A stretch of DNA of 64,000 nt, counting the filler, from Perkinsus olseni (lineage: Eukaryota), in NCBI GenBank assembly GCA_013115125.1. It is 17 parts of 17 records of this genome, joined end to end, with 100 filler letters (N's around TTAATTAATTAA, not from the genome) between each part and the next. Parts side by side here need not be neighbours in the genome. Positions count along the whole stretch, not along the records: positions 7,728 to 11,483 come from JABANN010001356.1; positions 11,584 to 15,321 come from JABANN010001357.1; positions 15,422 to 19,143 come from JABANN010001358.1; positions 19,244 to 22,956 come from JABANN010001359.1; positions 23,057 to 26,755 come from JABANN010001360.1; 12 more parts are not named here. One strand, written 5' to 3'. The notes beneath the pieces were generated by a model. It saw nothing but the letters and a program-made list of their open reading frames with translations. It was not told the origin of the DNA and searched no databases. The stretch's first letter is position 1, and every line of letters starts with the position of its first letter. Below, in pieces: positions 11,278 through 23,600 of this stretch. Position numbers and translations under genes: made by a program.

Positions 11278-11479
11278 CAGTGTGTTGCAAAATAGTTGAC
11301 TCATCAGGCCTTATCCCCCCTTCTCCCCCCATACAATGTTGTGTGTGTGTCCTGGCGAATCTTTTTCTGGCTTTACTTGTATCAACATTGTATGGGGGGA
11401 GAGGGGGTTCGAGATACCACACGCGCAAGTATCCGCACGAAGTTTTCCTTACGACGTTTCCCACTTTTGCAACTGACTG
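11278..11479. repeat. right terminal direct repeat, 202 bp, with TIRs and internal hairpin
   Basis: Preceded by TA; 15-bp imperfect TIR (CAGTnnGTTGCAAAA); perfect 20-bp stem 11322-11341/11383-11402 with a 41-nt loop. Confidence 0.92.
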
Positions 11480-11583
11480 GCGANNNNNNNNNNNNNNNNN
11501 NNNNNNNNNNNNNNNNNNNNNNNNNNNTTAATTAATTAANNNNNNNNNNNNNNNNNNNNNNNNNNNNNNNNNNNNNNNNNNNN

Positions 11584-12359
11584 CGCGGGTCCTTCCCCGC
11601 TCGGGCCGCTACATTTGTGAGGTACCCCGCATAGAGCGAGGCCTCCGTCCACCGAGAGACGTACGTGGTTACATTCTCACCACGTTGTTGATCAAGTTGT
11701 TTAGATTCCCACCGAAACCAACGTGCTTGTTGTTGCCATTCAGAGCAGAAACGCTGGTCCAGGTTAACGAAGATATCATCAATAGTAAGTACTCCTTGTA
11801 GTGCCCATGCTCGGATTTCATCTTGGAGCTTGTTTGAAACACATCTCATCAAGTAATGGACTCCCGTCGGACCTTGCATACCATATAATTTAGCTTGAGC
11901 TCGGACCTGCTCTTTAAAATACTCGTAGGAGACAGCTTTCTGGTCATTGGGATCCCAGGGACCGATTACTGGAAGATCAAAGACGTCGAACACAGCCTTC
12001 ACGGATACCCCAGCAGGCCTTTCTTGCTTCGTGTGACTGCTTTCAGTCTGCGCACGAGCTCTATTAAGTTCAGACCTCACAGCCGCCAATTCCCTCAGCA
12101 CATCTTGAAGATATGTTTGGGAAGAGGTCGTATCCCCTTGCAACCCTGTTTGGGGGGGTTGGTTCTCTTGGTCCGATATATGGGAGATAGGAGTTACATA
12201 GGCATCATTCTGCTGTCGGAGCAACCGTTCAGGATCTTCTAATGGTTGAACTGGACGTAGGCCAGCAAGCCTTGCACTCACTCTAGGGGAGGTTTGAGTA
12301 CCAATCCCGGTAGAATGTAACTGGTTCCCCGGTGTCTGGTCCTCACTGCTCATACACAA
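11584..12359 (-). mobile_element. LTR-retrotransposon gag-like ORF, truncated by contig end
   Basis: Helical gag-like region ending LDQQRGENVTTYVSRW, the Q..GE.V..Y retrotransposon gag pattern. Confidence 0.6.
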
Positions 12360-13137
12360 TAGGTTGGTTGGTGGGAAATCTTGTCTATAACGAATACTTT
12401 GGTATTGATATCTGCGTCACACGGCGACGCGTGCTATCAAGGACGACAAGATAGCAAGTTATACTTCACTTCAGTGACAGCGCGTTTGTACCTCTGTGAT
12501 GGATATCTCAGCGAGACGCTCGATTTATAATAATTTGAAAACAGTTCTGCATAGCTGGGTGTACAGACATTTATCTCCACCGACTTACTCGATTGGATAC
12601 GGCTCTCAGGGTGACCAGGGGAGGCAGAAGTGCTTGAGTTGGGCTACGCAGAGTCAGGAAATCTGAGCTTTCATCTACTGTGGCTACGTTTCTTGGCTCA
12701 TTGCAATGCAGTTGCTTATACAGGAGCTTTTGCGACTTCTGGACTTCGGACTTGGCCGAAATACCGGTGTTTCGGCGCTGATATGCCGTGCTACAATGTG
12801 TAACTTCTGTGATCCTCCGGGACGCGTAGATGCAGCCAAATCGATACAATCTTGCATGGGGGGAACGCAGACACTGACTGAATACTAACGTGTAAGTGTC
12901 CCATCGATTTTCCCGCGTGTGAATGAAAATTCAGAAAATTGCCCAAATGTGATATAATTTTGTGAACGTGCTGAAATTGACGGTTTCACGAAATTTGCTT
13001 GGGCGAGCGAGTTTGTCACTGATTTTTATACAGATGAGTTCATACATCAAGTTTCGGGGCCTGAGTCACAATCGCTACGGAGAAATTAGAAAAAAACTTC
13101 ATGTGATCTAATTTTGTGGACGGGTTTATGCAGCATA

Positions 13138-13211
13138 TACTCTGGGCGGGACTTGAACCCGCAACCTTTGGATTAGAAGTCCAACGCTCTATCCGATTGA
13201 GCCACCAGAGC
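13138..13211 (-). tRNA. trnR-UCU: tRNA-Arg (anticodon UCU), intronless
   Basis: Reverse complement gctctggtggctcaatcggatagagcgttggacttctaatccaaaggttgcgggttcaagtcccgcccagagta folds as a cloverleaf with stem TTGGA/TCCAA, loop CT-TCT-AA and T-loop GTTCAAGT. Confidence 0.95.
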
Positions 13212-14295
13212 CGTAATCTAGTACATGTCTGTATTGCGTAGCGTAGTAGATCCTATTCGTAGTCTGCATTGCGGGCCGCCGCTGAGCAACCCTTCAGATG
13301 ATAGAGGGCATACATATTTTACACGGATCAGTGTACTCATCTCCGTTAGTCGACCTTGGTGGCGCATCGGAAGCGTGGCGGTATTCGGGGTCATACGATG
13401 CGGGGTCGAACCTTTCCAGCGTCGGAGTGGTGCTACAGTGGTGCTCGTGTGTACACTGTCCGCCGGATACTGCCCGCCCGGCCATCCATCACGATTCTTC
13501 GTCATCAGCTGCGTCGTTAAACTCGATTGCAAGCCAGGGCAGCCCCAGCGAGAGAGGGCGGAATGAGCGGCAGTTGTTCGATTCATCGCTCGCCCAGCAT
13601 AGTCGATTCTGCCCGACGAATACTTTTCCACTCGTCGAGTGGCACTCGATCTTTCCTATTAAGATCTCATCTGTCTCCACTGTCTCTGATGCGGCTCGGT
13701 CTCAGTTTCTGTGTGGTTGCTGTGCTTCGCTTTGCTCAACCTACGGAAGCGCGTGCTGCCTTCATAAAACACATGCAGAGCAAGGGACATTTCGTTGAGT
13801 GGATGGAGGAAGATAAATAGACGAAGAAAGGGAGAAAGAAAAAGTCTAAAGGAAGCCAGGGAGGGTAGAAAAGCGGATCCAAGAAAGACGGTATGAAACT
13901 AAGGATGCCTCGTAGTTGTGTCCACACGAGCTCAATGAACGAGATTGCCTTTGTTGTATGAGTGAGCGGGTGTCCATGTTGTTGCACATCATGGGACGTT
14001 TGAGTTGTTACGACGCTGGGAGTGTTTCGGGTTTTTTGGAGCTTGGGAGCGTTTTTGACGCTTTTCATTTTCTCTTTTGATGGTTCTCAAGGCGATAACA
14101 CGAGCGAGTGCAATAAGGCATGAGCAATGATCTATCTCGTGGCTCCATTCATAAGTTTTCTGCGGCGCTTCTTGCCGCTGTCGAAATGACAATTCCTGTC
14201 GTACGTGTTGTATTAACAGAGGGAGTTGCTTCTCCCGCGAGTAAAGTAGTTGTCCCATCAACACTAATGATTTCTCTCTAGTTCTTTTCATCCTA

Positions 14296-14895
14296 ATGCA
14301 CATCAGCTACGCTCTTGCCCTTCTTTGCTACATCGCTTTCCCGGTTACCGAAGGGTGTTTCGGATGTCTCCTCAAAAGAAAGAGTAGCGCGCCCGAAGTT
14401 GAGGATGAAAAAAAGGTCGACATGAAACAAGGAACTGCGCCATCGACTAGTGTTAAACTACGTCCGAGGGAACACCCAGTCCTTACCGCGGATAGTGAGG
14501 ATGAGCACCGGCTCTCGACATACAAGGCAAGTCGCCCCAACTGCTCGTCGGTCAAGGTTGATTACCAATCGCCTCAACTTTTGCTTCCCGCTGTCAAAGG
14601 AGCGCAGTCACCTCTAATGTCTCATGCAGCTCTGTCATTGCTGTTCGCTCAGGTGAAAGCTGATGATTTTGTGAGGGCACTCAGCGAGAAGGGCAAGAGA
14701 CGCTCTCGCACAAGGTCCAGGGCTAATGAGAGGAGAAAGAAAGAAGAGACGAAAGAAGAGGAATCGTCAACGGGAACGGATACTACTGGAGCAACGTCCA
14801 GCGACGAGGGCAGTGATCCATCTCCCGCTAAAAAGGAAAGAGACCAGAGTGGAGTCAAGCTGAAAGCCGAGCTTGAGGAGACCTCAGAAGCGTAA
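14296..14895 (+). CDS. secreted low-complexity charged protein (a short in-frame intron ending at ~14652 is possible)
   Basis: Signal-peptide-like MHISYALALLCYIAFPVTEG, then CFGCLLKRK; K/R-rich and acidic tail. Confidence 0.65.
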   Translation: MHISYALALLCYIAFPVTEGCFGCLLKRKSSAPEVEDEKKVDMKQGTAPSTSVKLRPREHPVLTADSEDEHRLSTYKASRPNCSSVKVDYQSPQLLLPAVKGAQSPLMSHAALSLLFAQVKADDFVRALSEKGKRRSRTRSRANERRKKEETKEEESSTGTDTTGATSSDEGSDPSPAKKERDQSGVKLKAELEETSEA

Positions 14896-15421
14896 ACAAG
14901 CATTCGGGAAATGACCTCTTAGATGAGGTTCACTCCTGTCTATTCGCCGGACAGCGTACTGGTGTCCTAAATTCCAGTGGGCCTGGCGCCTGCTCGTTCA
15001 TGTTGTGCATATTGTCTACGTCACATGCGACCAAGTTCCGAGTTGTAGTGGCCGCTGCGGGATTCTAATCGACTGTGGGCCTCGTAACAACGACCCGGAA
15101 ATCCGTCAGAAAGATGAAATCGTCAGAACTCGATAACAGTAGCTCTCATTATTAGAAGTCTGATAGGAGACAATTGTTGATGAACAAACTCAATGGACAT
15201 AGCTAGCGCTAGCGGGCCCTCGTGTTGTGGGTGCAGATTGCCTACTAACGGTGCTCCTCTACTCGGTTGGTTGGTCCTGAGTATGTCCCGAGCACTCCCC
15301 AAGGGTTTTATTGAGTCCCGANNNNNNNNNNNNNNNNNNNNNNNNNNNNNNNNNNNNNNNNNNNNTTAATTAATTAANNNNNNNNNNNNNNNNNNNNNNN
15401 NNNNNNNNNNNNNNNNNNNNN

Positions 15422-15492
<71 letters not shown>

Positions 15493-15596
15493 AACGACGA
15501 CACTACTAGTAATGGCAGTAGTAGTAGTAGTTGAACGACGACACAACTAGTAATGGTAGTCCCTGAACACAACATTAGTAGTAGTAATAGTAACGT

Positions 15597-17268
15597 TCAT
15601 CTGTTGCCGAGATTGGTCCGTGAGGATGGTATACGAACGGGTTTCCAACGATAATTACTATCACTCGGTTCTTCTTTCTTAACAACCACGGATGGATGAC
15701 GATGATCCGCTCCACCAGCAACGGCCTGAGGGAAGTACTACGGAGGGTAGACCAGCTGATGGGTTATTACTGCTGTTGCCTCTCCTAATGCTTGGCTTGC
15801 TGCTGTTACCGCCGCAGCAGTCATGGCAGCAGCCGCAGCAGATCCTTGTTGTTCTGCTGCTGATGATGATTTACCCTTTACTGCATCTGGTTGATCTTTC
15901 TTGGCCAACCGATACTCCGCATTTTGACGAGTAGTCCGATCAATCTGCGTCAATTGTTGTTGTTGTTGTTAAAGTATGATCATTGTGTTGTATTACGTCA
16001 ATAAGTATGTCATCATCAACCTTTCTAAGTATTGGTATTGCCTTCATAGTCTTCGCACATTCCTCTGCAACTGACTGATAATTGCCTAACAACATAATGG
16101 GCAACAATCACTTCACCAACAAGAGGGATTGTTGTTGTAGAATTGTTGTACGGGGATTAGTACTTGTCATAAGATCTCTCTTCGGCAGTACTTGTAGTAC
16201 AGTTTGTATTATCATTGGTATCATCATCATCATATCATCCTCGTCAACACTACCATTTTTGCCATTCTTAGGATTACGATGATGATGATGATGATGGTCA
16301 TCCGCCGCTTGCCTCCCATACGCTGTCGTTGATGATGATGATGACGATGATACCAATCCAACACCTCCACTGAGGACCTGGTCCTCTTGTGGATTATATC
16401 TTAAAATGATAACAACAACAATGGACTGCTGCTGCTACGGTGGTCGCTTTATTATTACGGTAACATCTTGGTAACATCAGGTCTGTTGACATGATGTAAT
16501 TCTATTTCTTTATCCCCTCCCATATCAGATGTATCCAATAACGTTGCTGCCAGATCACCAAGTTGAAGAGCTTTTAACTCATCGTCGTCGTCGTCGTCGT
16601 CGTCGCCTTCATGACGTTGTGTAACATCCCCATGCTCTTGTTGATGATGAGATGGACTATAATCTAATATCAATCACGGTGTCATCATCTCATCATCGTC
16701 ATCAGTACTACTCTTATCATTAAAGTGTTCCAAAAGTGCAGTGTCAGGCAACAAGATCTTACCAACTTTCAAATGACGAAGTGCCTGAAAGAATAATCGT
16801 TTATTCTTGTTGTTAGTAGTATTAATAATATTGTGCTGATGATCATTATCATACCTCATTTATTGATGGTTGTTGTTCAAACCAGCTCACTGCTTTTGAT
16901 AAGTTTATCTCCTCTTCTTCCTCCGCCGTTAAATGATATATCATATCATTACTACTATTACCTCCTGCTGTTGTTGTATTACCACCAGCAAGCACTGTAG
17001 TCATTGTATTATTAGTCGCTTTAGTACCTGTTAGTATTATCATAGTTGAGCCAGAGAGTTTACTCTCTTGTGGGTTATATTATTATCCTCAGTACCTTCA
17101 TGTTGTTGTTGTGTATGATGTATTTGTGATAATAATGATGCCACTGTTGATGGTCTGCCTCTGTCAACTGATCCGGAATGTCTCAGATACTCGCGGTGTA
17201 GGAACTGACAGAAAACAACAACAGCGGATGAGATAGATAAGGGCGTTGTTGTTATGAGTGTCTGGTGT

Positions 17269-17312
<44 letters not shown>

Positions 17313-19031
17313 CCTGCATTCCTTTGATGGTCTGAGCGTCACAATCGAAATCTTTATTAATGATGTCTTCCCATTTCATCCATGCAGTTTTCCTTATTCT
17401 GTTGAGTTCAAGACTTGGTGCATTATTTATACAGGCCCAAAGGTAGAAATGCTCTAATAATAATACGAAGAAGAAAAGATGATATCCACAACAACATCAC
17501 TGGTGTAGTGGTAGTAGTAGTAGTATTACCGATATCAACGATGAGCTTTGATAATGTAATAAATGCTGAGTCCTTATCGTTATTACAGTATGCTTGGAAA
17601 TCTACTAACGATACTTCTATCTGGGCCACTCTACCCAATAAATAATATTGATGTTGCTCATGTTGCTGTTGCAATAAAGATGATGTATTAGCATTGTTAT
17701 ACTGACTTGACTTCAACTGTTGTGTAGTTGTGGATGGATAACTACTGGCAGCAGCAGCAGCAGTAGTGGTGATACTACTACTAGTACTAGTAGTAGTAGC
17801 ATAAAGTGACCTTGTATTTGGGACTTGTAGTCCCTCGCGCAGCCTAAAGCACATTGTTAATTATGATGTATACTCGTTTGCTTATGCTACTACTAATACT
17901 ACTACCTCTTTATACCCTTCCTCAATATGGATATCGCCATGGTCCTTCTATCATCAATGGATAAATGATGATGGTCTACTCCTTGTGGTTGTGATGAAGC
18001 ACCATACCATGCAATTGAGTATGCAACAGCAATATAAACCTCCGAGGTTAACAATTCAGATTCGGCTGAAGAAATCAATAATAATAATAATAATAATAAT
18101 AAGGCTAAAGGAGAGGTTGTAGAAGTGTGCAGAAATATTACATTCGTATAGATCAGTAAAGATCTCTATAGCCGATTTAACCCCTCTTGTTCTGGTCACA
18201 AACTGAAGATACTGTAAGAGGGCAAGGGGTCCGCCGTTGTTATTAGATATTGACTGAGCACCCGAAGCCGCCGAAGGTTGATTATTCATAACACCAGGAA
18301 CGGTATTAATACTGGTGGTAGTAGTTGTGGTAGCAAATCTAAGATAAGAAGATGATGATATGTGGTGGTGGTGGTGGTGGTGGTGGTGGTGGTGGTGGAA
18401 GAAATGGTGATGGTTATTATACTACTCTAGTAACTCCTGATACTTTTCTTCTATCTCCTCAGTACCATATCTTCCGCACTGCATAGCAGACTCCATAACA
18501 TGGCACTGCAACAATCGGAGTGGGAATGATGATGGTGTTGGTACATAACCCCGATTTATTATGCTGAAGAAGAATAACACTAAGACCATGATCATCTTCA
18601 TCCCGACCACATTACTACTACTAAAGGTAGTATTACCATTCCAGTAGATTATTATTCCTGAGTGAGGATGTTGTTGTTGTTGTTGTATTATCCCGTCCTT
18701 GAGCAGTGTTGATACTTGTAACACTGTTAACGTATACATCATACCAAAACTCAGCATCAGATAAAGATGATAATACCCCACCAGCATCATCAGTGGTCCT
18801 CCTAGATGTTATCTCACCGGTGACATATGATCTAGCTTCTGACGGTACTAATGGCAAATGTGATATACTCATCTTCACCATCCTATTCTTAGTATCATTA
18901 GTAGACTTAGTAGACATCATATAATAAAAGATATCATCATCATCATAATCATTATCGTTATCCCGTTGTTGTTGGTTGTTACTTGACTGGTCTAGTGCAG
19001 TAAGACGAGGATGCGTAGAATCATTCATCAC
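15597..19031 (-). CDS. probable cleavage stimulation factor 77 kDa subunit (Rna14/Su(f)), 5'-partial, multi-exon
   Basis: LALLQYLQFVTRTRGVKSAIEIF and RPDVTKMLP resemble CstF-77 HAT-C segments (I.YMKFARRAEG.K..R.IF and PD..QM.P); many low-complexity insertions. Confidence 0.55.
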
Positions 19032-19070
19032 TGAATGAATGACTATGGATAACATCACCACCGCGATGAC

Positions 19071-19142
<72 letters not shown>

Positions 19143-19243
19143 CNNNNNNNNNNNNNNNNNNNNNNNNNNNNNNNNNNNNNNNNNNNNTTAATTAATTAAN
19201 NNNNNNNNNNNNNNNNNNNNNNNNNNNNNNNNNNNNNNNNNNN

Positions 19244-19725
19244 CCAATCATGGATATGATACTGATCGTGGAGAAGAGCTTGTGGAAGATCTTCTATCTC
19301 TAAACAATGTGAACGGCACCATTAATGATATTAAGGTTATGAGAATGACTGGTCAAGTAGCCTACATTAGGATGACTAAGGGCATCCGTAAGCAGCTGCC
19401 TGACCGCCCTTATGTTGACTGTAGAAGGGTAAGATTGGTGGATACTGGTTTTGTTGCGGTTTGCTACCGCTGTGGTAGTCGGGACCCCAAGCATGACTTC
19501 AAGAGTTGTGATAAGGACCCCATTTGTAAGATCTGCAGCTCCTCCGACCACTTAGCTGAAGCCTGTCCTAGAGAAGGCAGCAGCTATAAGGAGAAGAGCC
19601 ACTGTAAGTTCTGTGATAAGGATGGTCATGGCCCCTTCGACAGTATGAGATGCGATAGCTTGATAAAACTATCTAGGAAGATAGCGGAGAAGCAGCGGTC
19701 AAGCGGTGTGAATGATGGTTTCTAA
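19244..19725 (+). CDS. LINE ORF1 (gag-like), 5'-partial
   Basis: Three zinc knuckles: CYRCGSRDPKHDFKSC, CKICSSSDHLAEAC, CKFCDKDGH. Confidence 0.85.
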
Positions 19726-22700
19726 CCGTGATAACCACATGACCAGGGCTGGGCTTAAGATAGCATATTGTAATATTGGTAGAACAATTGTAGGTGGCCA
19801 GGCGTTACTTGACTATTACTCTGGCTGTGCTCCTGAAATTTTATGTATTTGTGAAGGAGGCCGTCTTGATTCTCGATGGTACTTGTCTTATGAGGTCTTC
19901 TCTGCTATTGGCGGCAGATCCTATGTACTGGTAAGGAAGGATATTATGGCTAATAAATCCTTCTCAGTGCAAGATCTGGTGGGGGTACAGATAGGTCTTA
20001 TCTGGATTTTATGTCTTTATTGTGATATCACCGAGGACATGGATGTCACCCTTGATAGGGTAGAAGACAACTTGGTACGGACGGATGATAAATGGGTGAT
20101 ATTCATGGATAGTAATGCCTATAATGAGTTATGGGGTAAGGGCCCCTTTGGCAGTACCCGTCAGAAGACGCGGGGAACCAAGCTGGCTCGATGGATTGAA
20201 GGAAATGATGTTAGAATCCACAATGACCCCTCTATGCCGACTTTTATTAGACCGGTTCCTGGGGGTGGTGTCAACGGCTATCAGTCCTCTTCCATTGATG
20301 TCTGCCTCTCTTCGGAGGTGGATATCGTTGGCTGGTCAACGGTGGATGGTGTTAGGCCCTATGACCACCTACTGATAGAGGCGATGGCGGTTACTGACAA
20401 GGCATCCATTAAGGTGAAGCGGGTCTACACTCGCATTAAGGATAAGCCTGCTTACTATGATGATCTGAAGTCGGCGGCCTCTGATTGGTATCATGACCTT
20501 CCGGATTTTATGCTCGCCATGGACATTGATGTTGCTATTGCTGATGTGGTCGATAAGATCAAGACGGTCAAGAACCGACACTNNNNNNNNNNNNNNNNNN
20601 NNNNNNNNNNNNNNNNNNNNNNNNNNNNNNNNNNNNNNNNNNNNNNNNNNNNNNNNNNNNNNNNNNNNNNNNNNNNNNNNATGCTGATGGTTGCTCTCAT
20701 CAGCAGATTTGAGAAGGCCCTTCCCCCTCACTCTGATTTGTCTCGCCGGTTGTCGAGGGAAAAGACACTAGCATGGCTGTGCAAAAGGCGACTGAGGTTA
20801 TGAAACAGTTGACTGATGAGGGGAAAGCTGTTATTGCTCTAAGTCTCGACATGAGGGGGGCCTTCAGTAATGCCCGTCATGATGTGATATGCACTACAGT
20901 AGAAGAGATGTGTGGGTCCCCGGTCCTCTTCAATCTGGTCTCTAGTTACTTACACCGAAGAAGATGCTTTTATAAAGGGAAGATGAGGCTCTCCATGTCC
21001 TTCAGCGGCACTCCGCAGGGAGGTGTAGTCTCACCATGTGTGTACCGTATATTTCATACGGTTCTGATGGGCATCATTGAAAGCTGTTCTACGGATGATG
21101 TCAGATTAATTCCTATCGTATATGCTGATGATACTCTAGTCATTTTATCTGGTGATAATGATCAGGCGGTGGTGGAGGCTGTGGGCAGGCTCCTGGATAC
21201 TCTGGCTGAGCAGCTCCCTGCCCTTGGCCTGAACATAAGCGAGGAGAAGAGTGTCCTACTGGGTGATAAGGCCTTCATAGAACGGTATGACTGTGTTCGT
21301 GGCATAAAAGTGAGACCTGCTATCGGTTACCTTGGTATGAGACTCACCCTTGGTGGTTCCTGGCTACCTCACTTTGAAGAAGCTGTAGCCCGGGCCCGAA
21401 GGGAGATTGAGATGTGTCGACGCCTCGTAGGGAAGGATGGTTGCTCTGCACTCAGCCCCAAGGGACGAGAGGTGATTAGGAACCACATTACGGGCGTCCT
21501 GGCCTATGGTCTGGTATGCTGGGGTGACCGCTTACGATTCAAGACCACTCGTGATAGGATCTCTGCGGTCGACCTCCGACTGGAGAAGGTTCTACTTGGT
21601 GTCCCAGGGACAGCTAATCCTGGCCTATGTGCCCTCCTGAGTGATAGGAAGGCTACTATATACGAGCGATTGTGTGTCCGTTATGCGTCATTATGGCTTA
21701 GAGGTCTTCCCCCAAGCCCAAAGTGGTGGGGAACGGTGGTCAAGCAACCATATCCCGTGAAGGGCACTGTGGATCATACTGTTACTAATGCTACCCCCCT
21801 CCCTAGGGGATGGGTTCACATTGGCAATGGCTGTGAGGTCACTGGTACGATAACTGAGGGTCTGGCTGGTGGAAAGGTGATCTTCCCGGAGGTTGAGGTG
21901 GTCATTTATACTGATGGTAGCCGAACTCCGGCTGTTGATGACAATGATGATGATACTACTCGGGTGGGAGCAGGCTATTATTCAGATTCCGAACTGATAG
22001 GGAATGGGCGGGTGAAGCTTCCGCACTTCGCCAACATTGCTCAAGCTGAGTCCCTAGCAGTATTGGAAGCTATGAGGAAGGCGGCTGAGAGCGGCGGCTT
22101 TTCCACCATATTGATTGCCTCTGATTCTCAGGCAATCTTGAAATCCCTCCTTTCGAGGAGGAAATCACAGTTGTCCTCTGATATTGTTGACCTGGCTCTT
22201 AGCGCCGACATTGACTTTAGGTTTATTTGGGTCCGCGGACATGCTGGCTCGACTGGCAACTCGATTGCCGACGGTATGGCTCGTAGCGGCTCCATCGTGG
22301 GCACCTTCAGGACTGTCCCGATACCAGGCAGTCACCTACGAGAGTTGGTATCTCAATCGGTACGGACGAGGCTCCCTTTGAGCACCCACTGGCAGGAGAT
22401 CCAGAACAAAACGATTCGGAGTTTCATCACGAGCAACCATCATTTGGCTATTTTGAAGCGTTCTATCCGGTTTCGTATGCATCGGCATGCCTTACGAGCC
22501 ATATTTGGCTTACTCAGGACCGGTCGCTACAGGTCAAGGAGTAATAACTTTGTTAACCCTAATTGTGCCAGGTGTGGTGGGGTTCCGGATGATACTGTCC
22601 ATCGCTTGATGTTCTGCTCGGCTCACCAGGAGAGCCGCTCGAAGATTCTTGGAATGGTTCCGAGGAGGATTTATGGTCCCTCTTTCTTTCTGACTCGGGC

Positions 22701-22749
22701 AAGCCGTATTAACAGTCTTGGAAGGTTGGTTCGGAGGATGGGTATTTAG
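19712..22749 (+). CDS. LINE ORF2: AP endonuclease, reverse transcriptase, RNase H, C-terminal Zn finger (split by gap)
   Basis: APE: YCNI, CICE, MDSNA, SIDV, YDH; RT: LDMRGAF, GTPQGGVVSP, YADD, YLG; RNase H: YTDGS, AE, SDSQ, WVRGHAG..GN.IAD; CARC...H...C. Confidence 0.9.
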
Positions 22750-22890
22750 CCGGTGACCTTTCTCTATTGCCGTAATACGCCGCTGTTGGCGTCACGGCTT
22801 ATTCTCGTTTACACACACACACACAACAACAACACCAACACCAACACCAACACCAACACCAACACCAACACCAACACCAACACCAACACC

Positions 22891-22955
<65 letters not shown>

Positions 22956-23241
22956 CNNNNNNNNNNNNNNNNNNNNNNNNNNNNNNNNNNNNNNNNNNNN
23001 TTAATTAATTAANNNNNNNNNNNNNNNNNNNNNNNNNNNNNNNNNNNNNNNNNNNNTTCGGCAGCATCGTCGACGCTATACGCTTATTGCGCAGGTCGGG
23101 GTCAACGAATACATTGGAGATATACACGATGCTGTCATGCCCTGTCTTGTCAGGCCTGATAATGAGGAGCCCTGCTCACATATTTCGGATAATATACTGT
23201 GATGCTCAGCATAACAACAGGATCCTTGACGGCACATGGTC

Positions 23242-23600
23242 CTACAGCGCTGCAAGGACGGACGGAAGAGAGTCTTTCTTCGATTCCACGTAACCCACGA
23301 CAGACTGAAAGGTGAACAGCGGCTGAAGGCGGTGACTCCTTGGATGCCTTTCCCGGTCATTGCGAATTAGCCTCACTCTTCCGTATTCTGCGTACGGGTC
23401 CACCGCAACAAATCTTCGACCTTTCTTTATTTCCGTCATCTTCCGACCAAACATCATATCACTAGGCTTCCAAGGCCTGTACTCAAGATTGATGAGAGTA
23501 TCAGCGTGCGCTTCTCCCTTCAATAGTGACCCCTCGGGAGGACTCCGCAGGCCTGCTCCCGTCGCTGCACTCCCGATGTGTATCAAGTATACCCAGACGA
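23242..23600 (-). CDS. exon of unknown lineage-specific gene family, copy 1
   Basis: LEYRPWKPSDMMFGRKMTEIKKGRRFVAVDPYAEYG, paralogous to 24915-25199. Confidence 0.4.

Larger units (their letters stand above)
7731..11479 (-). mobile_element. Rep(HUH-SF3) + Tc1 DD34E transposase element bounded by ~200-bp direct terminal repeats
   Basis: Two co-oriented genes between repeats 7731-7976 and 11278-11479, which are identical wherever both are sequenced. Confidence 0.85.
19244..22956 (+). mobile_element. non-LTR retrotransposon (LINE) with ORF1, APE-RT-RNase H ORF2 and a microsatellite tail
   Basis: Domain order is intact; ~60-bp 3' UTR then (AC)n(AAC)n(AACACC)n; internal N gap 20583-20680. Confidence 0.92.

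Noticed and set aside
7727-11483. Terminal repeats as the overlap artefact of a circular contig
   Set aside because: The bases outside each copy (CGC, GCGA) differ from those the overlap would require (CTA, TAGT), so simple circular overlap does not explain them.
12359-13211. tRNA-targeted insertion, or priming of the gag element by the neighbouring tRNA-Arg
   Set aside because: About 780 bp apart, no complementary PBS or LTR boundary identified, single instance.
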